Under the pieces are notes generated by a model. That model saw nothing but the letters and a program-made list of their open reading frames with translations. It ran no database searches and was not told the DNA's origin. From Akkermansia muciniphila (lineage in GTDB: Bacteria > Bacillota > Clostridia > Oscillospirales > CAG-272), in contig CAVDSZ010000009.1 of NCBI GenBank assembly GCA_963611795.1, positions 11,602 through 75,601 on the forward strand: DNA of 64,000 nt. Direction: 5' to 3'. This document shows, piece after piece, positions 25,552 to 33,501 of this stretch; within the stretch, counting starts at the first letter, position 1, and every line of letters starts with the position of its first letter. The position numbers and the translations under genes were made by a program.

Positions 25552-25951
25552 GAATATCACGGAAACACAAAAAGAGGAAGAAACAGTCTATTTGTACGAC
25601 GAATACAGACTGACCGTTCCGACACGTGAAAATCTTGCAAGCGCTGTAAAACAGAATCTTGCCGCTTGGCTGGCACGGGCAAAGGACAGTGAAAAAAGCC
25701 GCCTTGCGGCGGCGATCCGCGAAAAGCGGGACAAACTCTTGAAAGACAGTGACGCAAGAATGTGCCTTGACCGCATGGGCCTTTCTGCACCGAGCGGAAC
25801 GGGCTTCACGGCGTGGCTGGACTTTCTGAAAACGCTTGCAAAAGAGGTCAGCGGCGAATGGGCGAAATATCGGAAAGCGCTGCGCGATCTTCCTGAACAG
25901 CCGGGATTCCCGTACGATGTCACATTTCCAACGCCGCCGGAGGACGAATAA
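25469..25951 (+). CDS. Tail fibre assembly / chaperone-like protein
   Basis: The C-terminal EWAKYRKALRDLPEQPGFPYDVTFPTPPE matches the conserved end of Caudovirales tail-fibre assembly proteins. An AAGGAG RBS lies 8 nt upstream. It overlaps the RT 3' end by 83 nt. Confidence 0.55.
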   Translation: MRTESNIKPEVLAVEECAQGLAEIVLRENITETQKEEETVYLYDEYRLTVPTRENLASAVKQNLAAWLARAKDSEKSRLAAAIREKRDKLLKDSDARMCLDRMGLSAPSGTGFTAWLDFLKTLAKEVSGEWAKYRKALRDLPEQPGFPYDVTFPTPPEDE

Positions 25952-26269
25952 ATGATGATTCAAATTTTCCTCCAATGGTTGATACCGTTTGCCTGCGGCG
26001 CTTTGGTATCGGTTTGCACCGCCCTTTTCACCATGCGCAGGAAAGAGCGGAAGCGCGAAAAAGCCGTTGAAAACGGTGTGCAGTGCCTGCTACGTGCGGA
26101 GATTATACGGCAATATGAAAAATGGGTTGATCGCGGATATTGCCCGATATATGCGGAAGAAGCGTTGCGGATTGGTTATGCCGCATATCATGAATTGGGC
26201 GGGAACGATGTTGCGACGGAACTTTACAAAAAGGTCATGGCACTGCCGACCGATGAAAAAACGAAATAA
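25952..26269 (+). CDS. Membrane-anchored protein in the lysis module (one N-terminal TM), function unknown
   Basis: 105 aa. The hydrophobic N-terminus is IFLQWLIPFACGALVSVCTALF, followed by a basic stretch. It is adjacent to the holin. Confidence 0.5.
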   Translation: MMIQIFLQWLIPFACGALVSVCTALFTMRRKERKREKAVENGVQCLLRAEIIRQYEKWVDRGYCPIYAEEALRIGYAAYHELGGNDVATELYKKVMALPTDEKTK

Positions 26270-26317
26270 TATTCCTGCAGGATATTATGATAAAAAACAA
26301 AGAGAGGTACAAACAAA

Positions 26318-26704
26318 ATGGTAAACTATGCAATTATCCCGGTGATTGTCGTTATCTGCTATGTAGTGATTTCGGCAATTAAGACAACCAACATCAAAAG
26401 CAAGTGGTTTCCGCTGATCTCATGCGCACTTGGCGCGGTGCTTGCGGTTGCCATGTTTTACATTGTCCCGGATTTTGTCGGCGCTGCAACGCTTACAGCG
26501 GCGATCATTTCGGGTGCGGTGTCAGGGCTTGCGGCGACCGGAACCAATCAGATTTTCAAACAGTTGATGAAAGCGGCGGAGAGCGGCGAGGACATCACGA
26601 AAATTGAATTGCCCGGCTTTTCCGAATCCGGAGAGGGGCAGAAAGAGCGCACCCCCGTACATAACGGAGAAAACGCTGGCAACGATACCGGGACGGAAAC
26701 GTAA
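26318..26704 (+). CDS. Putative holin (three hydrophobic segments)
   Basis: 128 aa. The TM-like segments are AIIPVIVVICYVVISAI, FPLISCALGAVLAVAMFYIV and AATLTAAIISGAVSGLAATG, followed by a charged C-terminal tail. It is the last gene of the late operon. Confidence 0.6.
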   Translation: MVNYAIIPVIVVICYVVISAIKTTNIKSKWFPLISCALGAVLAVAMFYIVPDFVGAATLTAAIISGAVSGLAATGTNQIFKQLMKAAESGEDITKIELPGFSESGEGQKERTPVHNGENAGNDTGTET

Positions 26705-26714
26705 TAAACAAAAA

Positions 26715-26745
26715 ACAGCGGAGGCGTATAGCTTCCGCTGTTTTT
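26715..26745. terminator. Bidirectional rho-independent terminator
   Basis: An 11-bp stem ACAGCGGAGGC/GCTTCCGCTGT (one G-U pair) is flanked by an A-run upstream and TTTTT downstream. It lies between the convergent holin and HIRAN genes. Confidence 0.8.
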
Positions 26746-26746
26746 A

Positions 26747-27313
26747 TCATGCTTTATTCAGGCATAAAGTGACTTCACACCCGAAGTTCAGCGGCTGACC
26801 GTTGTCATCTGTACCGCCGCCGTAAATATCGGTGTGGTAAACGCTTCTGATTCTGTCCCAATTGTTGAGGACGAACGCAAGCTGTTCTTTCGGAACATTC
26901 CCCACTTGCTCGCCGTTTGCATATACACCAACGGCGGGTTCGCCGTTATAATCGTATTTTTCAATTGTCCATTCCACAAAATCAAACGGTTCATCGCCCC
27001 ACTTGATTTTCCGAAGGATTGCCTGCCGTGTCTTGCGTCCGTTGTTGAATGTCACCCCCGCAAGCCGGAATTTGAAATAATCGTTGTTTTGCTTTGCCGC
27101 TTCCGCTTTTTTATGAATATCGGCTGACTTTTCAGCGATCACGACGGGCTTTCTTCCGAGGAACAGAAGAATACCGCCGACGGCAATCAATGCGACACTA
27201 CCGAACGCAAGTGCGGCTTTGTCATTTGTATCAGATAACAGCCCAAAAAGCCCGATTACACCGACTATGCACAGAATCAGACCGATAATAAATTTTTTGC
27301 TTTTCTTTTTCAT
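26747..27313 (-). CDS. Membrane-anchored HIRAN-domain protein (two N-terminal TMs)
   Basis: ORF 26747..27355. The start was moved to ATG at 27313 (MKKKSKKF) after a GGGGG RBS. The TMs are FIIGLILCIVGVIGLFGLL and LAFGSVALIAVGGILLFLG. FKFRLAGVTFNNGRKTRQAIL...EPAVGVYANGEQVGNVPKEQLAFVL matches the HIRAN pattern. Confidence 0.7.
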   Translation of the reverse strand: MKKKSKKFIIGLILCIVGVIGLFGLLSDTNDKAALAFGSVALIAVGGILLFLGRKPVVIAEKSADIHKKAEAAKQNNDYFKFRLAGVTFNNGRKTRQAILRKIKWGDEPFDFVEWTIEKYDYNGEPAVGVYANGEQVGNVPKEQLAFVLNNWDRIRSVYHTDIYGGGTDDNGQPLNFGCEVTLCLNKA

Positions 27314-27364
27314 AATACCCCCGAAATTGAAAACAATTCTGTAGTTTATTCGCATTTCTTATCA

Positions 27365-27424
27365 TTAACACAATTATAGACCGAAAGTGTGTTAAAGTCA
27401 AGAGTGATTCCGAACTTTAACACA
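27365..27424. promoter_or_regulatory. Three operator-like half-sites TTAACACA / TGTGTTAA / TTAACACA in the divergent HIRAN-XRE intergenic region
   Basis: TTAACACA at 27365-27372, its inverted copy TGTGTTAA at 27388-27395, and TTAACACA at 27417-27424. Confidence 0.55.
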
Positions 27425-27460
27425 AAATTTCCAAAATCCGATGGAGGAATACATAGAAAA

Positions 27461-27706
27461 ATGAAAATTTACGACTGGAACGGCAAGAAGAATATTTGCG
27501 GCGACCGCGTGCATGAAGCACGGCAACGGTTACGGATGACACAATCCGACTTGGCGGCACAGCTACAAGTTGCAGGAATCATCATGGAACGTGACAGCGT
27601 GAGCCGAATTGAAATCGGAACGCGCTTTGTTGCCGACTATGAATTGTTGATACTTGCAAAATGTCTGAAAGTTTCCCCTGCGTGGCTCTTGGGGATAGAA
27701 CCATAA
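27461..27706 (+). CDS. XRE-family (Cro/CI-type) HTH transcriptional regulator
   Basis: ORF 27389..27706. The start was moved to ATG 27461 after a GGAGGA RBS. RLRMTQSDLAAQLQVAGIIMERDSVSRIEIGTRFV is a classic HTH_3 pattern. Confidence 0.85.
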   Translation: MKIYDWNGKKNICGDRVHEARQRLRMTQSDLAAQLQVAGIIMERDSVSRIEIGTRFVADYELLILAKCLKVSPAWLLGIEP

Positions 27707-27714
27707 AAGCAAAA

Positions 27715-27744
27715 CCGCCGGACACTTCCGGCGGAATTTTTTTA
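27715..27744 (+). terminator. Rho-independent terminator
   Basis: CCGCCGGA (27715-27722), loop CACT, TCCGGCGG (27727-27734), followed by AATTTTTTT. Confidence 0.85.
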
Positions 27745-27773
27745 AAAAATTAAAATTATTTTTGCAAAACCTC

Positions 27774-27802
27774 TTGACATACTATCAATAGTATGTTATA
27801 AT
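27774..27802 (+). promoter_or_regulatory. Perfect consensus sigma-A promoter TTGACA-17 nt-TATAAT with a TGn extended -10
   Basis: TTGACA at 27774-27779, a 17-nt spacer ending in TGT, TATAAT at 27797-27802. An RBS-preceded ATG follows 24 nt downstream. Confidence 0.75.
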
Positions 27803-27825
27803 ATATACAGAAAGGGGGTGAGGAA

Positions 27826-27978
27826 ATGAGAGAAACGAAAGCGCCGATTGGCGAAATAGAAAAAGCCTTGCAGGAAGTGGCAAAAGTGGTTGAATGCAAT
27901 GATTCCGTCGAAAGTATCAAAATTACATTAACCATTAAGAAACCAAAACCAAACAAGGCAACCACCGAAAGCAAGTAA
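27826..27978 (+). CDS. Small ORF, 50 aa (below the ORF-track cutoff), unknown function
   Basis: Hand-translated as MRETKAPIGEIEKALQEVAKVVECNDSVESIKITLTIKKPKPNKATTESK. An AGGGGGTGAGG RBS is present, and the consensus promoter lies directly upstream. The minus-strand ORF 27756..27974 in the track is probably its shadow. Confidence 0.5.
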   Translation: MRETKAPIGEIEKALQEVAKVVECNDSVESIKITLTIKKPKPNKATTESK

Positions 27979-28108
27979 CGCTTTCAATGGCAGGGACGGG
28001 GCGAAAGCCCCTCCCGTAAGACCATTATATCACATTTGCTTGCAGAAGTCAAGCGGGCAGTCGAAAATAGCCGAGCGGACGGCATATTTCCGCAGAATGG
28101 AGGGAAAA

Positions 28109-28276
28109 ATGATTGTTGAAAAGAGCGGCAAACAGTATGAAGTAGCAGAACGAAAAAGGCATTGGTCGGTTGTTTTGAAATCCGGTTCGCTGACAGTAGA
28201 TTTTCAGGTGTCAAAAGACATTTGCGCCACGATCGAAGAATTAAAGGAATACATTCAAAAAGAAGATATGTTTTAA
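28109..28276 (+). CDS. Small ORF, 55 aa, unknown function
   Basis: ORF 28040..28276. The start was moved to ATG 28109 (MIVEKSGKQYEV) after a GGAGGGA RBS. Confidence 0.45.
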   Translation: MIVEKSGKQYEVAERKRHWSVVLKSGSLTVDFQVSKDICATIEELKEYIQKEDMF

Positions 28277-28286
28277 GGATTACAAA

Positions 28287-28478
28287 ATGGAAACGGAGAA
28301 AAGGAAAACGAGGACTTCTGCGGCGGTAAAAGCGCGGTATAACAAAAAAACATACGGGGCCATTACTGCTTATGTACCGAAAGAACTTGCCGCAGCATTC
28401 AAAGAAAAGTGCGCCGCCGAAGGAGTGCCGCAGGCGCAAATCATAAAAAAAGCGATCGAAGATTTTTTGAACAGCTAA
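28287..28478 (+). CDS. Ribbon-helix-helix (Arc/CopG-like) DNA-binding protein
   Basis: 63 aa. ...KARYNKKTYGAITAYVPKELAAAFKEKCAAEGVPQAQIIKKAIEDFL has the beta-strand/helix/helix layout of RHH proteins. It is followed by a hairpin plus T-run (about 28483-28517). Confidence 0.6.
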   Translation: METEKRKTRTSAAVKARYNKKTYGAITAYVPKELAAAFKEKCAAEGVPQAQIIKKAIEDFLNS

Positions 28479-28479
28479 A

Positions 28480-29650
28480 TTCAAGCCCGTTTCTTTGTAG
28501 GAAGCGGGCTTTTCTTTTGCGGAGGGAATCATGCGCAGATTCAAACAATTGACAAAAACCGACCGATTGAGAATAGAAGCCTTTTTGCGGTGCGGTCTGA
28601 CGGCAAAAGAAATTGCCGTCAAAATCGGTGTACATATCAGCACGATTTACAGAGAAGTAAAGCGCGGACAATATGAACATCTGAATTCGGACTGGACGCG
28701 GGAATGGAGATACAGCCCGGATATTGCGGAGGAAAAATATCAACAGAATCTGCGTGCGAAAGGGCCGGCACTGAAAATCGGCAATGACCGCAAGTTGGCG
28801 GAGCATATCGAAAAGAAGATCATTCATGATAAATATTCCCCTGCCGCTGTCCTCGGAGAAATCAGGCGGGACAACATAGAATTCACGGTTACAATCAGTA
28901 TTCCCACTTTATATAGTTACATAGACAAAGGGATTTTTCTGCATCTGACAAATAAAAATTTGCCGGACAAATGCCGGAAAAAGAGAAAGTACAGAAAAAC
29001 AAAAGTTAAACGCCCGCCGCGCGGCGAAAGTATCGAGAACCGCCCTCCCGAAGTAGATACACGGGAAACCTTTGGATTTTGGGAAATGGACACCGTAAAA
29101 GGCAAAAAGAAAAAGAGTAAAAACAATATGCTTGTGCTGACGGAGCGGAAAACACGGCAAGAAATACAAATTAAAATACCGGACGGCACTATGGCAAGCG
29201 TCGTCCGGGCATTGGATATGCTGGAACGGAAATACGGCGACTTGTTCCCGCTGATTTTCAAGTCAATAACGGTTGATAACGGGTCGGAATTCTATGACGA
29301 AGCGGGCATGACACGATCCTGCTTACGAGAGGGAGCGCGGACAAAGTTTTATTTTTGCCATCCGTATTCCTCCTATGAGAGAGGAAGTAACGAAAAGCAA
29401 AACCGCATGATCCGCCGTTTTATACCGAAAGGAACAGACTTTGACGACATGACCGACGACAAAGTGGAGGAAATTACTGCATGGCTAAACAATTACCCGC
29501 GCGGAATTTTTAACTATTACACATCACAATATTTCTTTGACAAAGAAATTCAAGCGATTTTAACCAGTTCACAAAATATTAACAAATAAAATTCGCATTT
29601 ATCTCTTGACAAGAGCGAAATTTTTCTTTTTTCGGGCAGTCGGGTGATTT
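28480..29650 (+). mobile_element. IS30-family insertion sequence (ends not resolved)
   Basis: A single IS30-type transposase gene, noticeably AT-rich compared with its flanks. The terminal inverted repeats could not be identified confidently by eye. Confidence 0.6.
28531..29589 (+). CDS. IS30-family transposase (DDE)
   Basis: N-terminal HTH (LTKTDRLRIEAFLRCGLTAKEIAVKIGVHISTIYREVKRG). The catalytic core has FWEMDTV (D), ITVDNGSEF (D) and ERGSNEKQNRMIRRFIPKG (E), typical of IS30. Confidence 0.9.
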   Translation: MRRFKQLTKTDRLRIEAFLRCGLTAKEIAVKIGVHISTIYREVKRGQYEHLNSDWTREWRYSPDIAEEKYQQNLRAKGPALKIGNDRKLAEHIEKKIIHDKYSPAAVLGEIRRDNIEFTVTISIPTLYSYIDKGIFLHLTNKNLPDKCRKKRKYRKTKVKRPPRGESIENRPPEVDTRETFGFWEMDTVKGKKKKSKNNMLVLTERKTRQEIQIKIPDGTMASVVRALDMLERKYGDLFPLIFKSITVDNGSEFYDEAGMTRSCLREGARTKFYFCHPYSSYERGSNEKQNRMIRRFIPKGTDFDDMTDDKVEEITAWLNNYPRGIFNYYTSQYFFDKEIQAILTSSQNINK

Positions 29651-29661
29651 TGTATCACTTT

Positions 29662-30387
29662 TTACGGATTGGGCGGGATAAAACAGGGGGTAAAATCGAG
29701 TGCGTCTGCAGACGTCAGACAGTAAGCAATGCCGTCCTCAGTGATTTTGCGTGCGCCCGAGACGCCGTGTATATGCCCGAAATAGCATCGGCGGATGCCC
29801 TCCCGCCGGAGCGGCTCGGTGAGGGCAGGGCAGACCACACCGTTCCAGACGGGCGGATAATGAAAGAACGCGATGACCTCACATTCCGGCGTCTCTTCCC
29901 GGAGCTGCCGTGCCGCCGCGAGGCTCATCTCCAGTCGAAGCGCTTCGCGGGCGAGGATTTTCTGCCCTTCGGGGTCGGCTTTTTCCGCGTTGTCCGCCCA
30001 GAGCCAGCCACGTGTCCCGGCGATGATTTTTCCCTCGACGCGACAGGCGTCGTGATACAGGAAAGACAGCGTCGAAAAACCGTTCTGCTTGCAAAAGTTT
30101 TCCAGCTTTTTCATGGACGACCACCAAAAATCATGGTTGCCTTTCATGAGAATTTTTTCCCCCGGGAGGCGGTCGATGAAAGCCAGATCGTCGCGCGCTT
30201 CCGGGAGCGTCAGCGCCCATGAAATGTCGCCCGGTACAATGACGGTATCCTCCGGCGCGACGAGGTGCGTCCAGTTGCGGTACAGCCGTTCGGTATAATT
30301 CGCCCAGCGGTCGCCGAACACCTCCATGGATTTATCGGTTTTGGCGGCGCAGGAGAGGTGTAGGTCAGCGATTACATAAAGAGCCAT
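29662..30387 (-). CDS. Metallophosphoesterase (calcineurin-like)
   Basis: YVIADLHLS, PGDISWA, GNHDFWW and FGHIHG motifs are present in order. Confidence 0.8.
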   Translation of the reverse strand: MALYVIADLHLSCAAKTDKSMEVFGDRWANYTERLYRNWTHLVAPEDTVIVPGDISWALTLPEARDDLAFIDRLPGEKILMKGNHDFWWSSMKKLENFCKQNGFSTLSFLYHDACRVEGKIIAGTRGWLWADNAEKADPEGQKILAREALRLEMSLAAARQLREETPECEVIAFFHYPPVWNGVVCPALTEPLRREGIRRCYFGHIHGVSGARKITEDGIAYCLTSADALDFTPCFIPPNP

Positions 30388-30476
30388 ATCGTCTCCGTTT
30401 TTCAGGTGTAAAAGGGGCGCGCACCGCGCATACTGATAAGGGCAAAGCCCGAAATCTAATATTGCGGAGGCATCCC

Positions 30477-30659
30477 ATGAAGGAAGAAAACAAGTGCGGT
30501 TGCAAACACATCAAAGGCATCGTTTGCAGTGTGGAGAAATGCGTTTATCACGACAAGGCGAATGAATGCACGGCATCGGAGATTGCCGTCGGACCGACGT
30601 CCGCGTGCTGCTCGTCCGAGACGCTGTGCGTGACGTTCCGTCCCAAGACCGAGGGTTAA
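30477..30659 (+). CDS. DUF1540 domain protein
   Basis: The start was moved to ATG 30477 after a GGAGG RBS. CSVEKCVYHDKANECTASEIAVGP...CCSSETLCVTF is the Cys-rich DUF1540 pattern. Confidence 0.7.
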   Translation: MKEENKCGCKHIKGIVCSVEKCVYHDKANECTASEIAVGPTSACCSSETLCVTFRPKTEG

Positions 30660-32146
30660 TCGGCGCTTGAAGCGAAGCGCAGAACCTCTGCCGGCATTTC
30701 GTCGGCGTCTATCACACCGGTGAAACGTATCGTGCGCTCGGCGATATGCCCGAGTGGCGCGGGAATGGCGACACCGGTCTTTTCCGCGAGCATGGTCAGC
30801 GCGGCAAGCCCGTCGGAGGGCGTTTCGTCGAAGAGGGAACGGCACACGTCATAGGCAAACTTATACGGGGAGGCCGTGGAGGCAACGAGAAGCTTTTTCT
30901 TTGCGCCATGGTCTCTTTGGTATTGCCGCGCGGCACCGAGCGCTACGGCGGTGTGGGGGTCGGCGAGATAATGCCTGTCCTCCCATGTCTCGCGCAGGGT
31001 CTTTCGCGTTCCGTCCTCATCGGTGTAGTAGCCGACGAACGTCTTCTGCACAACGGCGAGTTCCGCCGGGGTGAGTTCGTACCGTCCTGTGTCGGCAAGC
31101 GAGCGCATACAGGACGCCGTTCTTTCATACCCGAAGAGCAGGTAGAGCAGGCGTTCGAGATTGGAGGAGATCAGAATGTCCATGGACGGCGACATCGTGG
31201 TATGGAAGGCACGATTGCGGTCGTAGACCCCGGTCGTGAGGAACTCCGTCAGGACGTTGTTAGTGTTGGAGGCGCAGACGAGGCGGTCGATTGGCAGACC
31301 CATGCGCTTCGCCAGATATGCCGCGAAAATGTTCCCGAAATTGCCGGTCGGGACACAGACATCGATTAGTTCACCGAGTTGGATTGCGCCGTTTCTGACC
31401 ATATCGCAGTAGGCGGATACATAATACACAATCTGCGGGGCAAGTCTGCCCCAGTTGATTGAGTTCGCGCTCGAGAGGAAAACGCCGTGTTCGTTCAGCG
31501 TCGCTTTGACGGTCTCGTCGGCAAAAATGCGTTTTACACCGCTCTGGGCATCGTCGAAGTTGCCGCGGATTGCCGCGACGGAAACATTTTTGCCCTCTTG
31601 TGTCATCATTTGCAGTTTCTGCACCGCAGACACGCCGTCGACCGGGTAAAACACCTGAATCTTGGTGCCGGGAATGTCGCGGTAGCCCTCGAGTGCCGCT
31701 TTGCCCGTGTCGCCGGAGGTCGCGACGAGGATTAGCGCCGTGCGCTTTTCCCCCGTCTTGACGAGGGCACGGGAGAGCAGGCGCGGCATGAGTTGGAGTG
31801 CCATGTCCTTGAAAGCGGCGGTCGGACCGTGCCAGAGCTCGAGCACATATGTCTCGTCGTCGAGACGGCGGACAGGCGTCGCCCCGCCGGGGAACCTTGC
31901 TTCGGCATATGCGCCGGAGCAGTCTTCACGCAGTTCTTCGGTGGAGTAGTCCGTGAGGTATTTCCCGAGTATGTATGCCGCCCGCGCCGCGTAACTCTTC
32001 GTGAGGAGCACTTCGATTTCGGCGAGTGTGAGCACGGGGAGTTCCATCGGCATATACAGCCCGCCGTCGGGGGAAAGCCCTTCTTTGATTGCCTCAGCGG
32101 CGGAGACGGTGCGCGTCGAGGGGGTTCTGGTGTCTGTGTAAACCAT
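30656..32146 (-). CDS. thrC: Threonine synthase
   Basis: 496 aa. TAAFKDMALQ is the PLP-lysine motif. GLYMP and SGDTGKAALEG segments are typical of long-form ThrC. Confidence 0.85.
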   Translation of the reverse strand: MVYTDTRTPSTRTVSAAEAIKEGLSPDGGLYMPMELPVLTLAEIEVLLTKSYAARAAYILGKYLTDYSTEELREDCSGAYAEARFPGGATPVRRLDDETYVLELWHGPTAAFKDMALQLMPRLLSRALVKTGEKRTALILVATSGDTGKAALEGYRDIPGTKIQVFYPVDGVSAVQKLQMMTQEGKNVSVAAIRGNFDDAQSGVKRIFADETVKATLNEHGVFLSSANSINWGRLAPQIVYYVSAYCDMVRNGAIQLGELIDVCVPTGNFGNIFAAYLAKRMGLPIDRLVCASNTNNVLTEFLTTGVYDRNRAFHTTMSPSMDILISSNLERLLYLLFGYERTASCMRSLADTGRYELTPAELAVVQKTFVGYYTDEDGTRKTLRETWEDRHYLADPHTAVALGAARQYQRDHGAKKKLLVASTASPYKFAYDVCRSLFDETPSDGLAALTMLAEKTGVAIPAPLGHIAERTIRFTGVIDADEMPAEVLRFASSAD

Positions 32147-32157
32147 AGCGGTATCCT

Positions 32158-33048
32158 TTACTTGTTTTGAGACTGTAACAGGTACGTACCGAGTCGTTTG
32201 TGTGCGTTCCCGTAAAAGAAGCGTTGCGTGAAGTCTTCGCCGTATCTTGCCGTCATGACAGGAAGCAGAACTTTTGTCAAGTCGCCGGCGTCATGCAGGG
32301 AAGCGGCGAGGGTGTCCGTACCGTCGAAATCGCCGCCGACGGCGAGTGCATCCCCGATTCCGAGCGCGACCCCGTGGTCAATATGGGCAAAAAGCGCGGA
32401 GACGTCCGGCGCCCCGCCGGTGTGGGCAGGGACGAGAGACAGTCCGATGACCCCGCCGCTCCGGGCGATTGTCAGGGCTTCCGCGTCCGTAAGATTTCGT
32501 GAATGCGGCGTGACGGCGAAAAAATTGGAATGTGTGGCGAGGAGGGGCAACTTTCGTGTGCGGGCAATCGTTGCCATATCGTCAAAACTCCGCCGCGAGG
32601 CGTGAGAGACGTCGAGGAGCATTCCGAGTGTCATAGCGTCAGCACAGAGTTTCCGTCCGTCAGGCGTCAGCCCTGCCTCGGTATCGTGCGCCCCGCCGAA
32701 TCGGTTGCGACCGCTCCAGAAAGGTGTCAGAATCCGTATTCCGCGGCGCCGTAGTCTCGCCAGTCGCCCCCGCGTCTGTACAGAGAGGATTCGCGCGTCC
32801 TCAACGGAAAAGATGACATGACAGGGCGTATTTTTCAGTTTTTCCGTCGCGTCCTCATACATGGAAAGGCAGGATTGCCATGCGGCTTCGTCACTCTCCC
32901 GTTTGTACGCCCAGAAGGCAAAACACAAGACGGTTCGGTTATAGGGACGCAGAGTGTCCGCACTGACGTGCAACGCGGGATCGGAAAACGATCGTTCCTC
33001 GCGGTACATACGGTAAGGGGTATCGGCGTGCAGAATCCATAAGTTCAT
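32158..33048 (-). CDS. Membrane dipeptidase family (M19)-like protein
   Basis: LDVSHASRRSFDD, LLATHSNFFAVTPHSRNLTD and GGVIGLSL resemble renal-dipeptidase-family motifs. Confidence 0.6.
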   Translation of the reverse strand: MNLWILHADTPYRMYREERSFSDPALHVSADTLRPYNRTVLCFAFWAYKRESDEAAWQSCLSMYEDATEKLKNTPCHVIFSVEDARILSVQTRGRLARLRRRGIRILTPFWSGRNRFGGAHDTEAGLTPDGRKLCADAMTLGMLLDVSHASRRSFDDMATIARTRKLPLLATHSNFFAVTPHSRNLTDAEALTIARSGGVIGLSLVPAHTGGAPDVSALFAHIDHGVALGIGDALAVGGDFDGTDTLAASLHDAGDLTKVLLPVMTARYGEDFTQRFFYGNAHKRLGTYLLQSQNK

Positions 33049-33078
33049 ATCGTTACCTCCGGCATGACAGGATATGTG

Positions 33079-33501
33079 TCAGGTGCGGAAGGCGTCCGAG
33101 TGATGCCGCACGGCGAGCACGGTCGGCTCTTCGTCGACAGGGTCAATATACACTTCGACAATATCGAACAGGGCGACTTTTCGTGTCGGGTGTGCCGCCG
33201 TATAGCGCCGCGCGGCATTTAGGATGTGCCGCCGTTTTTCTGCGGTGACGGCGGTCATCGGGGTGCCGTATCGGCTTTCCGTGCCCGGGACTTGCCGTCT
33301 TGTCTTGACTTCGACGAATCGTCGGGTGGTTCTGTCCTCGGCGACAATATCCAGTTCCTCACGCCCCTCGTATTGTACATTCCGGGCACGGATACGGAAA
33401 CCGTTTTGCTTCAAATAAGCGGCGGCTTGCCGTTCTCCGTAGTCCCCGGTGCGTCGGGGAGGGGATTTTGCCCCTGTTCGCTTGCGAAACAGGCGGAACA
33501 T
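33079..33501 (-). CDS. yraN: YraN-family endonuclease (UPF0102)
   Basis: GERQAAAYLKQNGFRIRARNVQYEGREELDIVAED...FVEVKTRR is the YraN signature. It follows rnhB as in many Firmicutes. Confidence 0.8.
   Translation of the reverse strand: MFRLFRKRTGAKSPPRRTGDYGERQAAAYLKQNGFRIRARNVQYEGREELDIVAEDRTTRRFVEVKTRRQVPGTESRYGTPMTAVTAEKRRHILNAARRYTAAHPTRKVALFDIVEVYIDPVDEEPTVLAVRHHSDAFRT

Larger units (their letters stand above)
1..27750 (+). mobile_element. Prophage, partial (siphovirus-type tail, HK97-type head). The left end lies outside the window and the right boundary is approximate.
   Basis: Contiguous same-strand block in canonical phage order: early/replication genes, HNH+TerS+TerL, portal, ClpP-like protease, HK97-type capsid, connectors, major tail, G/GT chaperone, tape measure, Dit, Tal, RBP, holin. 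There is no sheath gene. No integrase is in the window. The block is visibly more AT-rich than the host block that starts near 29.6 kb. Confidence 0.85.

Noticed and set aside
25469-25951. Possibility that the 160-aa ORF after the RT is the DGR accessory protein Avd
   Set aside because: Avd proteins are ~110-130-aa basic four-helix bundles. This protein instead ends with the W..YR.ALRDLPEQPGFPYDV.FP..P motif of tail-fibre assembly proteins and has an acidic N-terminus.
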